NCBI GenBank assembly: GCA_020859985.1
Contig: JAJBVD010000052.1
Coordinates: 24,076-88,075 of the forward strand
Length of the DNA: 64,000 bases
Direction of reading: 5' to 3'
From: Clostridiales bacterium
Lineage (GTDB): Bacteria; Bacillota; Clostridia; Lachnospirales; Lachnospiraceae
A model generated the notes under the pieces. It saw nothing but the letters and a program-made list of their open reading frames with translations. It ran no database searches and had not been told where the DNA came from. Of the stretch, positions 40,763 through 51,834 are shown piece by piece (within the stretch, counting starts at the first letter, position 1; each line of letters starts with the position of its first letter). Made by a program: the position numbers and the translations under genes.

Positions 40763-40781
40763 AGAATTTAAAATCATACTT

Positions 40782-40808
40782 TCTGCTGTGAAGAGGCTGA
40801 ACAGTTAT
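40782..40808. repeat. 27-bp dispersed element, copy 3
   Basis: ctgtgaag-agg-ctgaacagttat, 19/27 with only the loop and one end changed. Confidence 0.65.
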
Positions 40809-40815
40809 GAGACGT

Positions 40816-42141
40816 TTATTCTTTTCTCTCCATCACGCTCAAGTATGCCGGACGAATGATCTTGTCCGCGCAGATCAGTTCCTCAATACGGTGCGCGCTC
40901 CAGCCGACGATTCGAGCGATGGCAAAGATTGCCGTATACAATTCGATCGGAATATCCAACATACTGTAAACAAAGCCACTGTAAAAGTCAACATTCGGAC
41001 TAACGCCCTTGTAGATATGACGCTTCTGGGCAATCAGCTTCGGAGCCAGCTCCTCAACCGTCGCATACAGATGCATGTCCTCATCGCAGTGCTTCTCCTG
41101 TGCCAGCATCTCCACATACTTCTTAAAAATACGCTCTCTCGGATCAGAAAGCGAGTAGATTGCATGACCCATGCCATAGATCAGACCTTTGTGATCAAAG
41201 GCGTCACCGTCCAGAATTTTAGCGAGATAAGCTTCCAACTCTTCATCGTCGCGCAGATCCTTTACATTCGCGCGGATGTCGTCCATCATCTCCATAACCT
41301 TGATATTTGCGCCGCCATGCTTCGGGCCTTTCAAGGAAGACATGGCCGCCGCGATGGTCGAGTAAGTATCAGATCCAGAGGATGTGACTACACGGGTCGT
41401 AAACGTGGAGTTGTTGCCACCGCCGTGCTCCATGTGAAGGATCAGAGCGGTATCCAGCACTTTGGCCTCGACTTCCGTATACTTTTTATCCGGACGGAGC
41501 ATCATTAATAGATTCTCCGCGGTAGAAAGCTCTGGAGATGGGCGGTGAATATACATACTCTCATCATTTTCATAATGATTGTACGCATGATAACCGTATA
41601 CCGCCAGCACCGGAAACAACGCGATCAGCTCAATGCACTGGCGCAGACTGTTGTGCACGCTCGTGCTCTTGGGGTTTTTATCATAAGACGCCAGCGTCAG
41701 GATACTGCGCGTCATCGTATTCATGATATCCGAGCTTGGCGCTTTCATGATCACGTCACGTGTAAAATTCGTCGGCAAGGTCCGACTGTTACCAAGAATA
41801 CTCTTGAATTCTTCCAGTTCAGAAGCACTCGGCAGCTCACCCATCAAAAGCAGATAGGCCACCTTCTCAAAACCATATTCCTTCGGGCCAAGATTTTTGA
41901 TCAGATTCTTTACATTATAGCCACGATACCAGAGTTCGCCGTCACATGGAACCTTCTGACCATTTTCCTTCTTTGAGGAAACAATCAGGGAAATATTCGT
42001 CAGTCCCGTCAAGACACCGTTTCCATTAATATCTCGTAAGCCTAAATTCACGCCATATTCTTTATACAGCTCGCGTGGGATACTGTCATTTTTCCGACAG
42101 ATCTGCGAACCTTTTCTTGTATAATCGCTCATATCAATCAT
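40816..42141 (-). CDS. gltA: Citrate synthase (Si-type family)
   Basis: WYRGY, LHMEHGGGNNSTF, GPKHGGAN, YGMGHAIY, PNVDFYSG. Confidence 0.95.
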   Translation of the reverse strand: MIDMSDYTRKGSQICRKNDSIPRELYKEYGVNLGLRDINGNGVLTGLTNISLIVSSKKENGQKVPCDGELWYRGYNVKNLIKNLGPKEYGFEKVAYLLLMGELPSASELEEFKSILGNSRTLPTNFTRDVIMKAPSSDIMNTMTRSILTLASYDKNPKSTSVHNSLRQCIELIALFPVLAVYGYHAYNHYENDESMYIHRPSPELSTAENLLMMLRPDKKYTEVEAKVLDTALILHMEHGGGNNSTFTTRVVTSSGSDTYSTIAAAMSSLKGPKHGGANIKVMEMMDDIRANVKDLRDDEELEAYLAKILDGDAFDHKGLIYGMGHAIYSLSDPRERIFKKYVEMLAQEKHCDEDMHLYATVEELAPKLIAQKRHIYKGVSPNVDFYSGFVYSMLDIPIELYTAIFAIARIVGWSAHRIEELICADKIIRPAYLSVMERKE

Positions 42142-42344
42142 ACGCAAATCCTCCCTGTTCAGTTGTAAATAACAATAGGTAATTGGAACAAAAGTGCGAT
42201 TCACACATGCTCACATTCTATAAACGTCGATATGTCTTTCGTCGAAAGTTCCTGATTTGTCAAAATCTTTTTTATCATATCACATTCATTTTTTTCGTCA
42301 ATAGTTTTTAGAATTTTTTAAGAATTGTCAGAATATAGATGTCC

Positions 42345-42824
42345 TTATTTATGATACGGTTCCCCATGGATAATGCGAAAACTCCGGTAAATCTGTTCCA
42401 GCAGGATCACGCGCATCAGCTGATGGGGAAATGTCAGCCGCGAAAAGCTAATCTTCTCGTCCGCACGGTTCATTACATCGTCCGATAGCCCCAATGAGCC
42501 GCCGATCACGAAACAGAAGCTGCTCTGTCCCTGAATGCCAAGACTCTCTATCTTACGTGCCAGCCCGATAGAATCCGGCATCTGTCCATCGATTGCAAGC
42601 GCAATCACATAATCCGTGTCCCTGATACAGGCAAGCAGCCGTTTTCCCTCAATCTCTTTCACGCGAAGCTCCTCCGCCTCGGATGCGCCATCCGGCGTCT
42701 TCTCATCCGGCACTTCCTGAATCTCCAGCTTACAGTAGCGGGTAAGCCGCTTTGAATATTCCGCGATGGCGTCGCGAAGGTATTTTTCCTTAATCTTTCC
42801 GACACATAGTATTTTGATTTTCAT
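42345..42824 (-). CDS. rlmH: 23S rRNA pseudouridine-1915 methyltransferase RlmH
   Basis: VGKIKEKY, FVIGGSLG, LTFPHQLMR, EQIYR, PYHK. Confidence 0.98.
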   Translation of the reverse strand: MKIKILCVGKIKEKYLRDAIAEYSKRLTRYCKLEIQEVPDEKTPDGASEAEELRVKEIEGKRLLACIRDTDYVIALAIDGQMPDSIGLARKIESLGIQGQSSFCFVIGGSLGLSDDVMNRADEKISFSRLTFPHQLMRVILLEQIYRSFRIIHGEPYHK

Positions 42825-43053
42825 ATCTGATCTATATCTTTTCCCTCAGTTCCTTTAATGACTCCCTGGCATCTTTTACCTGCCCGTTTTTTATCTGTTT
42901 TTCAGTAAAAAACAGGCATCCTTCGACCTCAGCAGCACCATTTTCTGCCAGGCCGATACAAATGCCTGTTTTATCATCCGTAACTGTTTAAAATCATAGT
43001 ACTTCGCACTTGCCACAAAGTACTATTACATCGAACCAGCTGTGAAATACGTA

Positions 43054-44445
43054 CTATTTCGCGCTCAGGAACTCATGAATGCCCTTCGCCGCCGCTTTGC
43101 CCGCGCCCATGGCGAGGATAACAGTTGCTGCGCCTGTCACGGCATCACCGCCGGCGAATACTGCGTCTTTGGATGTCTTTCCGGTCTCCTCATCCGCGAT
43201 GATGCACTTCTTGCGGTTCACGTCAAGGCCGATCGTAGTGGAAGAAATCAGCGGGTTCGGTGAGGTACCGAGCGACATGATGACGGTATCCACATCAAGA
43301 TCGAACTCAGAACCAGAAATTGCTACCGGACGTCTTCTTCCAGATGCATCCGGCTCGCCAAGCTCCATGCGGATGCAGCGCATACCGCACACTGCGTCAT
43401 TCTCGTCCACAAGAATCTCAGTCGGATTCGTCAGAAGGTCAAAGATGATACCTTCCTCTTTCGCATGGTGAACTTCCTCCGCACGGGCAGGAAGCTCGGC
43501 CTCGGAACGACGGTATACAACATGTACCTCTGCGCCAAGCCGCAGAGCGGTTCTTGCCGCGTCCATCGCCACGTTGCCGCCGCCGACTACCGCGACCTTT
43601 TTGCCCTTTACGATCGGGGTATCATAGTCCTCACGGAATGCTTTCATCAGGTTGTTTCTGGTCAGATATTCATTCGCTGAGAATACACCCTTCGCGGTCT
43701 CACCCGGAATACCCATGAACATCGGAAGTCCTGCGCCGGAGCCGATGAAGACTGCCTCGAATCCTTCTTCATCAAGTAGCTCGTCGATCGTTACGGATTT
43801 GCCGATGATAACATTGGTCTCAATCTTAACACCAAGAGACTTGACATTCTCTACTTCCTTCGCTACGACATCAAGCTTCGGAAGACGGAATTCCGGAATC
43901 CCATATACAAGCACTCCGCCCGGCTCATGCAGAGCCTCGAAAATGGTCACATCATAGCCAAGCTTTGCGAGGTCGCCCGCACAGGTCAGTCCGGACGGAC
44001 CGGAACCGATCACTGCTACCTTGCGGCCGTTCTTTGTCTCTGGAGCAGGCGGCTTGATGCCGTTCTCTCTCGCCCAGTCAGCGACAAAACGCTCCAGCTT
44101 GCCGATGGAAACGGAATCGCCCTTGATACCGCGGATACACTTGCCCTCGCACTGGCTCTCCTGCGGACATACACGGCCGCAAATTGCCGGAAGCGCGCTG
44201 GATTTAGAAATCACTTTGTAGGCTTCCTCGATATTGCCCTCTTTCACCTCAGCGATGAAATCCGGAATATTGATATTGACCGGACAGCCCTCGATGCACT
44301 TTGCGTTCTTGCAGTGCAGGCAGCGGGTCGCTTCCTCCATCGCTTCTTCTTTATTGTAGCCAAGACATACTTCCTTGAAGTTTGTCGCTCTTACCTTCGG
44401 ATCCTGCTCTCTTACCGGAACCTTGTTAAGTCCTGCTGCTGCCAT
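43054..44445 (-). CDS. nfnB: NfnB/SudA-like large subunit of electron-bifurcating transhydrogenase (GltD-like)
   Basis: RCLHCKNAKCIEGCP, CGRVCPQESQCE, GSGPSG, GGGNVAMD; paired with nfnA. Confidence 0.9.
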   Translation of the reverse strand: MAAAGLNKVPVREQDPKVRATNFKEVCLGYNKEEAMEEATRCLHCKNAKCIEGCPVNINIPDFIAEVKEGNIEEAYKVISKSSALPAICGRVCPQESQCEGKCIRGIKGDSVSIGKLERFVADWARENGIKPPAPETKNGRKVAVIGSGPSGLTCAGDLAKLGYDVTIFEALHEPGGVLVYGIPEFRLPKLDVVAKEVENVKSLGVKIETNVIIGKSVTIDELLDEEGFEAVFIGSGAGLPMFMGIPGETAKGVFSANEYLTRNNLMKAFREDYDTPIVKGKKVAVVGGGNVAMDAARTALRLGAEVHVVYRRSEAELPARAEEVHHAKEEGIIFDLLTNPTEILVDENDAVCGMRCIRMELGEPDASGRRRPVAISGSEFDLDVDTVIMSLGTSPNPLISSTTIGLDVNRKKCIIADEETGKTSKDAVFAGGDAVTGAATVILAMGAGKAAAKGIHEFLSAK

Positions 44446-45338
44446 TATTTGTCACCTCCGCAATTCCCGCATCCGCCGTGATGCGTATCTCCCTCACGCA
44501 GTTTCAAAAGCGCCCGGCCTTCCTCAGTCTTGTAGAGGGTCTGGCGTTTCATGGCCGCGTCAAAGTCTACCAGATGTCCGTCAAACTCAGGACCATCTAC
44601 GCAGGCGAACTTCACTTCATCGCCTACAAGGATACGACAGGCTCCGCACATACCGGTACCGTCTACCATGATCGGGTTCATACTGACAACCGTCTTCAGA
44701 TTGTACTTCTTTGTTGTCAGGCAGCAGAACTTCATCATGATCATCGGTCCGATGGATACGCAGTGATCATACGTCTTGCCTTCATGCTCGATCAGGTCCT
44801 CGATCACCTTGGTCACCATACCGCTTCTTCCGTAGGAACCGTCGTCAGTCGTTATGTAAAGGTTGTCACAGACAGACTTGAACTTGTCTTCCATGATCAC
44901 AAGATTCTTCGTCTTCGCGCCGATGATCACGTCGCAGCCTACGCCATGCTCATGCAGCCATTTTGCCTGCGGATACACCGGAGCCGTACCGACACCGCCG
45001 GCCACAAACAGAATTTTTTTCTTCTTCGTCTCTTCCAGCTCGCTCTCCAGACACAGATCGGAAGGCTGTCCCAGAGGGCCCACGAAATCATGGAAAGAAT
45101 CACCTGCTTTCAGGGAAGCAAACTTCTCCGTAGAAACACCGATCGGCATAAACACGATCGTGATCGTGCCCGCTTCTCTGTCATAATCGCAGATCGTAAG
45201 CGGAATACGCTCACCTACTTCATCCGCTTTCGCGATGATGAACTGTCCCGGCAGACAACGTCTTGCCACACGCGGCGCGTCCACAACCATCTCGTAGATG
45301 TTGTCCGCAAGCTTTCCAGCTTTTAAAATTTTGTACAT
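44445..45338 (-). CDS. nfnA: NfnA/SudB-like small subunit (FAD, 2Fe-2S)
   Basis: GERIPLTI, AGGVGTAP, MVDGTGMCGACR, ACVDGPEF. Confidence 0.9.
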   Translation of the reverse strand: MYKILKAGKLADNIYEMVVDAPRVARRCLPGQFIIAKADEVGERIPLTICDYDREAGTITIVFMPIGVSTEKFASLKAGDSFHDFVGPLGQPSDLCLESELEETKKKKILFVAGGVGTAPVYPQAKWLHEHGVGCDVIIGAKTKNLVIMEDKFKSVCDNLYITTDDGSYGRSGMVTKVIEDLIEHEGKTYDHCVSIGPMIMMKFCCLTTKKYNLKTVVSMNPIMVDGTGMCGACRILVGDEVKFACVDGPEFDGHLVDFDAAMKRQTLYKTEEGRALLKLREGDTHHGGCGNCGGDK

Positions 45339-45455
45339 ATCCTACCTCCTGAGGTTTCTTTTCCGACCGAAAGGCATCCTGATGCACCCCGATCAGTAAA
45401 AAGTGGTACATCTGGTATGATAAAACAAATGCATCCACAAAATCACATTGCATTA

Positions 45456-45484
45456 AGTATAAATCAAAGATGTAGAGAATTCAA
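45456..45484 (-). promoter_or_regulatory. SigA-type promoter of nfnAB
   Basis: TTGAAT-17 nt-TATACT. Confidence 0.65.
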
Positions 45485-45579
45485 TCCTTTTTTGCGGCAA
45501 ATTTCTGGCAGAAAGACTCCCATATCCGGAAAAAGCGTTTATTTTCTGGATATCAGGAAATACAGTTCAGCCGATTGAG

Positions 45580-48500
45580 CTAGTTTTCTTCCAGATAATT
45601 CTCAAACTGCTCCTGCGACATCAGAATCTTACGGGGCTTGGTGCCTTCCTCCGGCCCAACCACTCCGGCATCAGAGAGCTGATCCATAATGCGCGCTGCA
45701 CGGTTAAAGCCGATCTTAAATACTCTCTGAAGCATGCCAATCGACGCTTTATCCTTTTCTATAATAAACTTACCTGCATCAGCAAACAGCTCATCCGTAT
45801 CCGTCGCACCCTTTGCTGCCGCCGACGCCTGCTGCGCCTTCGCTATCTTCTGCTCCATATCCGGATCGTAGGTAAAGCCGCTGTTGCTGTTTTTCAGGAA
45901 ATCAACGACATCAGAGACCTCCTCATCTGTAACAAAAGCCCCCTGCACACGCGCCGGCTTCTGATAGCCCTGCGGGTAAAAGAGCATATCGCCCTTGCCA
46001 AGCAGCTTTTCCGCGCCGTACATATCGATGATCGTACGGGAATCCACGCCGGAAGAAACTGAAAACGCGATTCTCGATGGCATATTCGCCTTGATCAGAC
46101 CTGTGATAACATTGACCGAAGGCCGCTGCGTCGCGATGATCAGGTGAATGCCGGCCGCACGAGCGAGCTGAGCCAGACGGCAGATAGAATCCTCAACCTC
46201 ACCCGGAGCAACCATCATCAGGTCAGCCAGCTCATCAACAATGATAACGATCTGCGGCAGCTTCTCCGGCTTGTTCGGATCATCAACATCCTTCAGTGCA
46301 TCTATTTTCTGATTGTAACCTTTCAGGTCGCGGACACCCACTTCAGCAAATTTCGCGTACCGGTCGGTCATCTCTGCAACGCCCCAGTTCAACGCTCCCG
46401 CCGCCTTCTTCGGATCCGTCACGACCGGAATAAACAAGTGTGGAATCCCGTTATAGACACTCAATTCCACAACCTTTGGGTCGATCATGATCAGCTTTAC
46501 TTCATCCGGCTTCGCCTTGTAAAGGATGCTCATGATGATCGTATTGATGCAGACTGACTTACCTGACCCGGTTGCGCCTGCAATCAATAAATGCGGCATT
46601 TTCGCGATATCAGATACAACCACCTTACCGCCGAGATCCTTGCCGGTTGCAAAGGCAAGTTTTGATTTATGGTTGCGGAATTCATCAGACTCCAGCAAAT
46701 CACGAAGCGGCACCGCACTGTTCTCCGAATTCGGCACCTCGATACCTACCGCAGATTTTCCGGGAATCGGCGCTTCGATACGGATATCCGCAGCCGCCAG
46801 ATTCAGCTTGATATCATCTGCCAGCGAAACAATTCGGCTAACCTTGACTCCCTGCTCCGGCAGAAGTTCGTAGCGGGTCACGCTCGGTCCGCAGCTCACA
46901 TTCGTCACCGTCACATGTACGCCAAAGCTGTTCAGCGTCTGCTGAAGCTTCGCGGCAGTCTGTCGGATCTCCTGTTCCTGCCCTTTTTTCGTCTTATTCT
47001 CGCCCTTATGCAAAAGATCTAACGGTGGGAATACATATTCCGGGCGGGGAGGTTTTGCGGCCTCGATCGCCGCTGCCTCCGCTTCCACAGAAGCAATACC
47101 GTCCGCAATCTCCTGCTCGGAAGAGCGCGGGTTGCGTTTAAACTTGCCGCTGGCAGGTTCCTGACTGGAGCCAGGCCCGGCTGATTGCTCTGATTCGGCT
47201 GTTTCCTGCGTATCCGGGCTTGCCTCAGAATCCTGTTGATGATTCGAATACTCATCCGAATACCCGCTTGCATACGAAAGATCATCTGACCGTACATCTT
47301 TCATCTTCGCACTGGCGGAGTCCCGACTGTTATCTTCTGATGATATATCCGACCGAATTTGCTTTACATCACTCTGAAACGCTCCGGCATCATTTTTTGC
47401 TTTCACTGCCTCAGAATTCTCTGGCTCTTCCAGACCTACACCTTCAATATGCAAAGCATCCATATCCGGATACTGTTCAAACACAGGCGCATTTCCAGAG
47501 TCATTGCCGTGAATGACATTGGAAACAGCATCCCGCTTTGATTCAGCTGAAATATGCAGCTGTTCAGGGCGCGCTTCTTCCAGATTAATATATCCTGATT
47601 CGTCCGCCAGTTCCGCAGGAGCATTTGCGGGATCATATGCTTTTGGCAAAATCTCATGCACATCCGCCCCAACATGAGCCGATTCTCCGGTAATCTTTGT
47701 ATTCATAGTTACGCCGCTGGCATGACGATGTTTTCTCCTTGTCTCAGGCTGCGCAGAAAACATAACTGAGACATCCAGCTGACGATTTTTCGTTTTTTTC
47801 ATTGCCCGGTCAGACGCTGCAGCCGTTGTGTATTCCACACCGGCATGCTGCGGCATTTGCTGAAATGTTGTATTCGAATCCACATACCCCAGATCATCCG
47901 AAAAGCTCTCAGAATCCGGGTGTTCGCTCATTTTCTCAAAGCGTTGCCACTCTTCTCTTTGCCGACGTTCTTCCCTGCGTCGCTCGGAAGATTCCTTCGC
48001 AGAATGATATACCCGGTCTCCCTGCTTTTTTACACCGCGAAGAAGTGACTTCTGCGTAATAAGGACCATCGCAATCAGGGCGAGCACAACGAGCAGCACA
48101 CCTGTGCCAATCGGTCCAAGCGCCGGCCCAAGTAAATGACAGAGCATCCCACCGATCACACCGCCGCCCTGCTTCATGGAAGCGCAGCGTGCATAAAGTC
48201 TGCCAATATCTAAAGCATCCGTATATTGTCCCTCTATCAGAGCAGCAAAACAGCAAATACAGAAATACAGCAGCAGGCAGGCGCCAAATTTTTCTCCGGC
48301 GAGACGACTCCCACGGTTAGAAATCAGGAAAGCAGCAGCCAGAAACATAAGGAATGGAAAAATATAGGCAGATATGCCAAAAATTCCAAAGCAGATGTCC
48401 GAAATGACCGTACCAATATAGCCGCCGATTCCGAAAAAACTGATGAAAATAAACAGACAGATAGCAAGAGCCAGCCACAGCAGCGCTTCTTTGGCAAGCG

Positions 48501-48741
48501 TCGGGTTCATCCCCTCCGGCTCCCTTATCGGCTCCGCCTGTACGTTTCGTGTAACAGAACTGCTTGAATTCGAAGACGCTTTTCTGCGACCGGTTGAAGA
48601 TGATGCACTTGTCTTTTTATTGCCTGAAGCCGAGGATGAACCAGTCTTCCGGCTGCCTGATGCAGTCGCCTTTTTTGCGGAAGCCGCAGGCTTTTTCGAG
48701 CCTGCGGACGTTTTTTTCTTTGTTGTGTTGGATGTTGCCAA
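45580..48741 (-). CDS. ftsK: DNA translocase FtsK/SpoIIIE
   Basis: N-terminal TM segments, long linker, [26 protein letters not shown]-terminal gamma domain. Confidence 0.97.
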   Translation of the reverse strand: MATSNTTKKKTSAGSKKPAASAKKATASGSRKTGSSSASGNKKTSASSSTGRRKASSNSSSSVTRNVQAEPIREPEGMNPTLAKEALLWLALAICLFIFISFFGIGGYIGTVISDICFGIFGISAYIFPFLMFLAAAFLISNRGSRLAGEKFGACLLLYFCICCFAALIEGQYTDALDIGRLYARCASMKQGGGVIGGMLCHLLGPALGPIGTGVLLVVLALIAMVLITQKSLLRGVKKQGDRVYHSAKESSERRREERRQREEWQRFEKMSEHPDSESFSDDLGYVDSNTTFQQMPQHAGVEYTTAAASDRAMKKTKNRQLDVSVMFSAQPETRRKHRHASGVTMNTKITGESAHVGADVHEILPKAYDPANAPAELADESGYINLEEARPEQLHISAESKRDAVSNVIHGNDSGNAPVFEQYPDMDALHIEGVGLEEPENSEAVKAKNDAGAFQSDVKQIRSDISSEDNSRDSASAKMKDVRSDDLSYASGYSDEYSNHQQDSEASPDTQETAESEQSAGPGSSQEPASGKFKRNPRSSEQEIADGIASVEAEAAAIEAAKPPRPEYVFPPLDLLHKGENKTKKGQEQEIRQTAAKLQQTLNSFGVHVTVTNVSCGPSVTRYELLPEQGVKVSRIVSLADDIKLNLAAADIRIEAPIPGKSAVGIEVPNSENSAVPLRDLLESDEFRNHKSKLAFATGKDLGGKVVVSDIAKMPHLLIAGATGSGKSVCINTIIMSILYKAKPDEVKLIMIDPKVVELSVYNGIPHLFIPVVTDPKKAAGALNWGVAEMTDRYAKFAEVGVRDLKGYNQKIDALKDVDDPNKPEKLPQIVIIVDELADLMMVAPGEVEDSICRLAQLARAAGIHLIIATQRPSVNVITGLIKANMPSRIAFSVSSGVDSRTIIDMYGAEKLLGKGDMLFYPQGYQKPARVQGAFVTDEEVSDVVDFLKNSNSGFTYDPDMEQKIAKAQQASAAAKGATDTDELFADAGKFIIEKDKASIGMLQRVFKIGFNRAARIMDQLSDAGVVGPEEGTKPRKILMSQEQFENYLEEN

Positions 48742-48862
48742 ACGAATACTCCCCTTTCTAAAATGCGCACGGCATTTCCGCCCCTTCCGCGGATTTACCA
48801 GCGTTTTACAATAGCCAGAGAGTCCTTATTTTCCCGAATCTCGGCCTCAATCAGCTTAAAAA

Positions 48863-49738
48863 TCACAGGAAAAAGTGCCCCGCTATTGCCAGCAGTCCGA
48901 CAAGCGTACAATACACGGAAAAATAGGCAAACTTCTTTTTGCGGACCACTACCAGCATGGTCTTAATACAGATATAACCGACCACGGCTGAAAATACCAT
49001 ACCAATTGCATAGATACCCACCTGTCCCATCTCAATCGGTTCTGCGATCACATCCTTAATTTCAAGCACAGCCGCCCCTAAAATCGCCGGAATCGAGAGA
49101 ATAAAGGAATATTTCACGGCAAAACGACGATCCATCCCGCACAGCAGGCACGCTGCGATTGTGGTGCCGGAACGCGACAAGCCTGGCAGAGTCGCACACC
49201 CCTGTGCGCATCCGATTACCAAAGCATTCTTATAGCTGGTCTCACGCGGAAGCTTCTTCCCCTCCTGCACCGTATCCGCCATCAGAAGCAGCACAGCCGT
49301 GATCAGCAGACAGATTCCCGGAATCAAAAGCGTATCGCTCGCATCGGAGATCAGCTTTTCTCCAAGGTAACCAATGACAGCGGTCGGAAACGTTGATACC
49401 AGAATCAGCACTACGAATTTTCGATAACTATTGTGCACCACTCTCTTATACTTCAATGAGGTCTTATGTATTTTATTTAAGACGAGAATTCTTAAGTTGC
49501 AGCAGATATCGCCAAACATAAAGACCGCCTCGCAGATCATTTTCCAGATATCCTTACGGTAAACGATAAACACCGCGACAAGCGTTCCAATATGCAGCAT
49601 GATATCAAATAACATGCCGCCGTCTGTCTCAATATGAAAAAGATTCTCCAGAATTGCTAGATGACCGGAGCTGCTGACCGGAAGGAACTCCGTCAACCCC
49701 TGTACAATACCAAGAAAAATTGACTGTATAACTGTCAT
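48863..49738 (-). CDS. uppP: Undecaprenyl-diphosphate phosphatase UppP (BacA)
   Basis: GIVQGLTEFLPVSSSGH, PGLSRSGTT; GGAGG SD. Confidence 0.97.
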   Translation of the reverse strand: MTVIQSIFLGIVQGLTEFLPVSSSGHLAILENLFHIETDGGMLFDIMLHIGTLVAVFIVYRKDIWKMICEAVFMFGDICCNLRILVLNKIHKTSLKYKRVVHNSYRKFVVLILVSTFPTAVIGYLGEKLISDASDTLLIPGICLLITAVLLLMADTVQEGKKLPRETSYKNALVIGCAQGCATLPGLSRSGTTIAACLLCGMDRRFAVKYSFILSIPAILGAAVLEIKDVIAEPIEMGQVGIYAIGMVFSAVVGYICIKTMLVVVRKKKFAYFSVYCTLVGLLAIAGHFFL

Positions 49739-49819
49739 AACTGCCTCCAAATGATCAATAGGAATCGGATAGGGGGAGTATCCTCACTCCCCTATCCAGC
49801 CAAACACACATTTGGATTT

Positions 49820-49897
49820 ATTATATCAGAGAATTTACAGTGATACAAGATTTTTTTGAAACGTAAATTCCAAACGTAAATTCCAAGTGTAAAATTT
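49820..49897 (-). promoter_or_regulatory. uppP promoter with upstream 13-bp tandem repeats
   Basis: TTGTAT-17 nt-TATAAT; aaacgtaaattcc x2 plus degenerate third copy at 49859-49897. Confidence 0.6.
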
Positions 49898-49955
49898 TAA
49901 ATAAAAATTCTGAATCAGATTTTTTTCTGTCTGTAAACTCATTCTGGGATTCTTT

Positions 49956-50732
49956 TCAGTTCCTTATCAGTTCATATAGCTTTTGAAATGCTTCCCCGAT
50001 CCCGCCGACCTCATTGATCAGGCCTTCCCGGACAGCCTCCTCTCCCACAAGGATTGTCCCGAGATCCTTTGTGAGAATCCCGGTATCCAGCATCAGTTCC
50101 TCCAGCCGCTCTCTGTTGGCATGAGAATGTTCACTGATAAATCCAAGAATACGGTCCTGCATCTGCTTAAAATAATCGTAGGTTTGCGGCGCGCCGATCA
50201 CAGTGCCGCTCATGCGCACCGGATGAATGACCATCGTACCAGTTTTGACGATAAAGGAATAATCCGTGGAAACAGCGATCGGCACACCGATGGAATGACT
50301 GCCGCCCAGCACCAGTGACACGGTCGGCTTGCTAAGAGACGCGATCATCTCGGCAATCGCCAGCCCTGCTTCCACATCACCGCCTACTGTATTCAACAGG
50401 ATCAGCAGTCCGTCGATATCCGGACTGTCCTCGATCGCTGCCAGCTTTGGCAATACGTGTTCATATTTTGTGGTTTTTGAATTATTAGGGAGGCAATCAT
50501 GCCCCTCGATTTCGCCGATCACAGTCAGCAAATGAATTCGCCCGTGCAGCGTCAGTTCTCCGGTGTCGTGTATGGCTTCCCGTTGTTCTTTTTCCCGATC
50601 AACGTTCTCCTCAGATTTCTTCTCTTCGGCAGAATTCTTTTCCTGCCTTTCCTTTTCTATTTCCTGCTCCAATTGCATTGTAAAACAACTTGCTGCCTCG
50701 CCGGCACAATTTTTCTGCAACATTGTATTCAT
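49956..50732 (-). CDS. tepA: ClpP-like translocation-enhancing protein TepA
   Basis: [40 protein letters not shown]. Confidence 0.9.
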   Translation of the reverse strand: MNTMLQKNCAGEAASCFTMQLEQEIEKERQEKNSAEEKKSEENVDREKEQREAIHDTGELTLHGRIHLLTVIGEIEGHDCLPNNSKTTKYEHVLPKLAAIEDSPDIDGLLILLNTVGGDVEAGLAIAEMIASLSKPTVSLVLGGSHSIGVPIAVSTDYSFIVKTGTMVIHPVRMSGTVIGAPQTYDYFKQMQDRILGFISEHSHANRERLEELMLDTGILTKDLGTILVGEEAVREGLINEVGGIGEAFQKLYELIRN

Positions 50733-50986
50733 AACATCCTCCTGAATTTGCTGGCTTCGATTTATTTCTGAAGCTTACCACTTTTCATATCGGAATATCT
50801 TTTCTCCATATTTCATAGAATCCCCTCATGTTAAGAAAAAAATACGCAGAACTGCACACAAAAAACCGAAGCAATTACGCCCCGGTTTTCTCTCTTTACA
50901 CTATGTAATTCTCTACAATCAGACATGATCAACCGTACAAATAAATCATCCATCCGCCAAAGTTTCCTGAAATCCTGTCCCTGGCT

Positions 50987-51757
50987 TTACTGCCGGAAAT
51001 ATCTGGCCTGCAGCGTATGTACCATGTCAATATAATGTTCCCGGCATTCTTCTTTCTGATCCGATTCGATCATGGAAATGCAGGGAGAAAGCCACTCATC
51101 CCAGATATCACGATAAATCTTTGCAGAATCCGGCTGCTGATCAATGTGCTTTACAATACTCGGAGCTACATCATAATAGGTCGATATAAGTTCTTCCCCT
51201 CCCGGACTTTCTGCAAGATAGGTATCACGGTAATCGCGCAAAAGCGTCAGCTCGTAACAATCGTCCGGCTTGCCGAATGTCCGGCAGACAGCGGTCGTGA
51301 TGTAGCACCAGGTCTTGTGAAACCCTTCTTCTATGGAAGTATAGGGAGCCGCATTTAAATTGGACTTGGGGAAACGTCGTTTCCAGGATGCGATAATTTC
51401 TTCCGAAAAAGGCTTTGAGCACTCTCCGTGAAACTCCAGAACCATCGGAAGCACGAACACTGCCATCGTCAGGTTCAGATCCATCTGAAGCTGCTCCTTC
51501 TTGTTTTTGCGCTTGCATTCTTCAAGCTGTTCCGCAGCATACGCACTTAAGGCATCCGCCATATCAGTGAGAAACTGCTCCTTATCTTTTGCTTCCTCAT
51601 AGCCCTTTTCCACCGCGTCAAAGGTGGCAAGATGTTCCTGATACATCCGTTGAAAGGAATCCGTGTAATTTTTCTTCTGAAAATAGTCCATCACGCGGCC
51701 ATCGCAGCAGTCGAGCAGCTTTGGAATTCCTTCCAGCGCGGTCTGATAAAAATTCAT
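50987..51757 (-). CDS. CFI-box-CTERM-like domain protein
   Basis: C-terminal WCYITTAVC...LRDYRD.YL...G..LI..YY..AP.IV pattern. Confidence 0.75.
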   Translation of the reverse strand: MNFYQTALEGIPKLLDCCDGRVMDYFQKKNYTDSFQRMYQEHLATFDAVEKGYEEAKDKEQFLTDMADALSAYAAEQLEECKRKNKKEQLQMDLNLTMAVFVLPMVLEFHGECSKPFSEEIIASWKRRFPKSNLNAAPYTSIEEGFHKTWCYITTAVCRTFGKPDDCYELTLLRDYRDTYLAESPGGEELISTYYDVAPSIVKHIDQQPDSAKIYRDIWDEWLSPCISMIESDQKEECREHYIDMVHTLQARYFRQ

Positions 51758-51834
51758 CTTTTATCCTTCTTCCAGAACGTATTCTATCATTGATCTTCAG
51801 GCACAAAAAGAAAGCTTTATGCCCACACAAGTAT

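Noticed and set aside
42345-42362. rlmH 3' end GAACCGTATCATAAATAA resembles the SCC/orfX integration site
   Set aside because: No second copy and no recombinase nearby; citrate synthase follows directly, so the site is empty
46950-47900. Long low-complexity central region of FtsK
   Set aside because: Variable linker normal for FtsK/SpoIIIE
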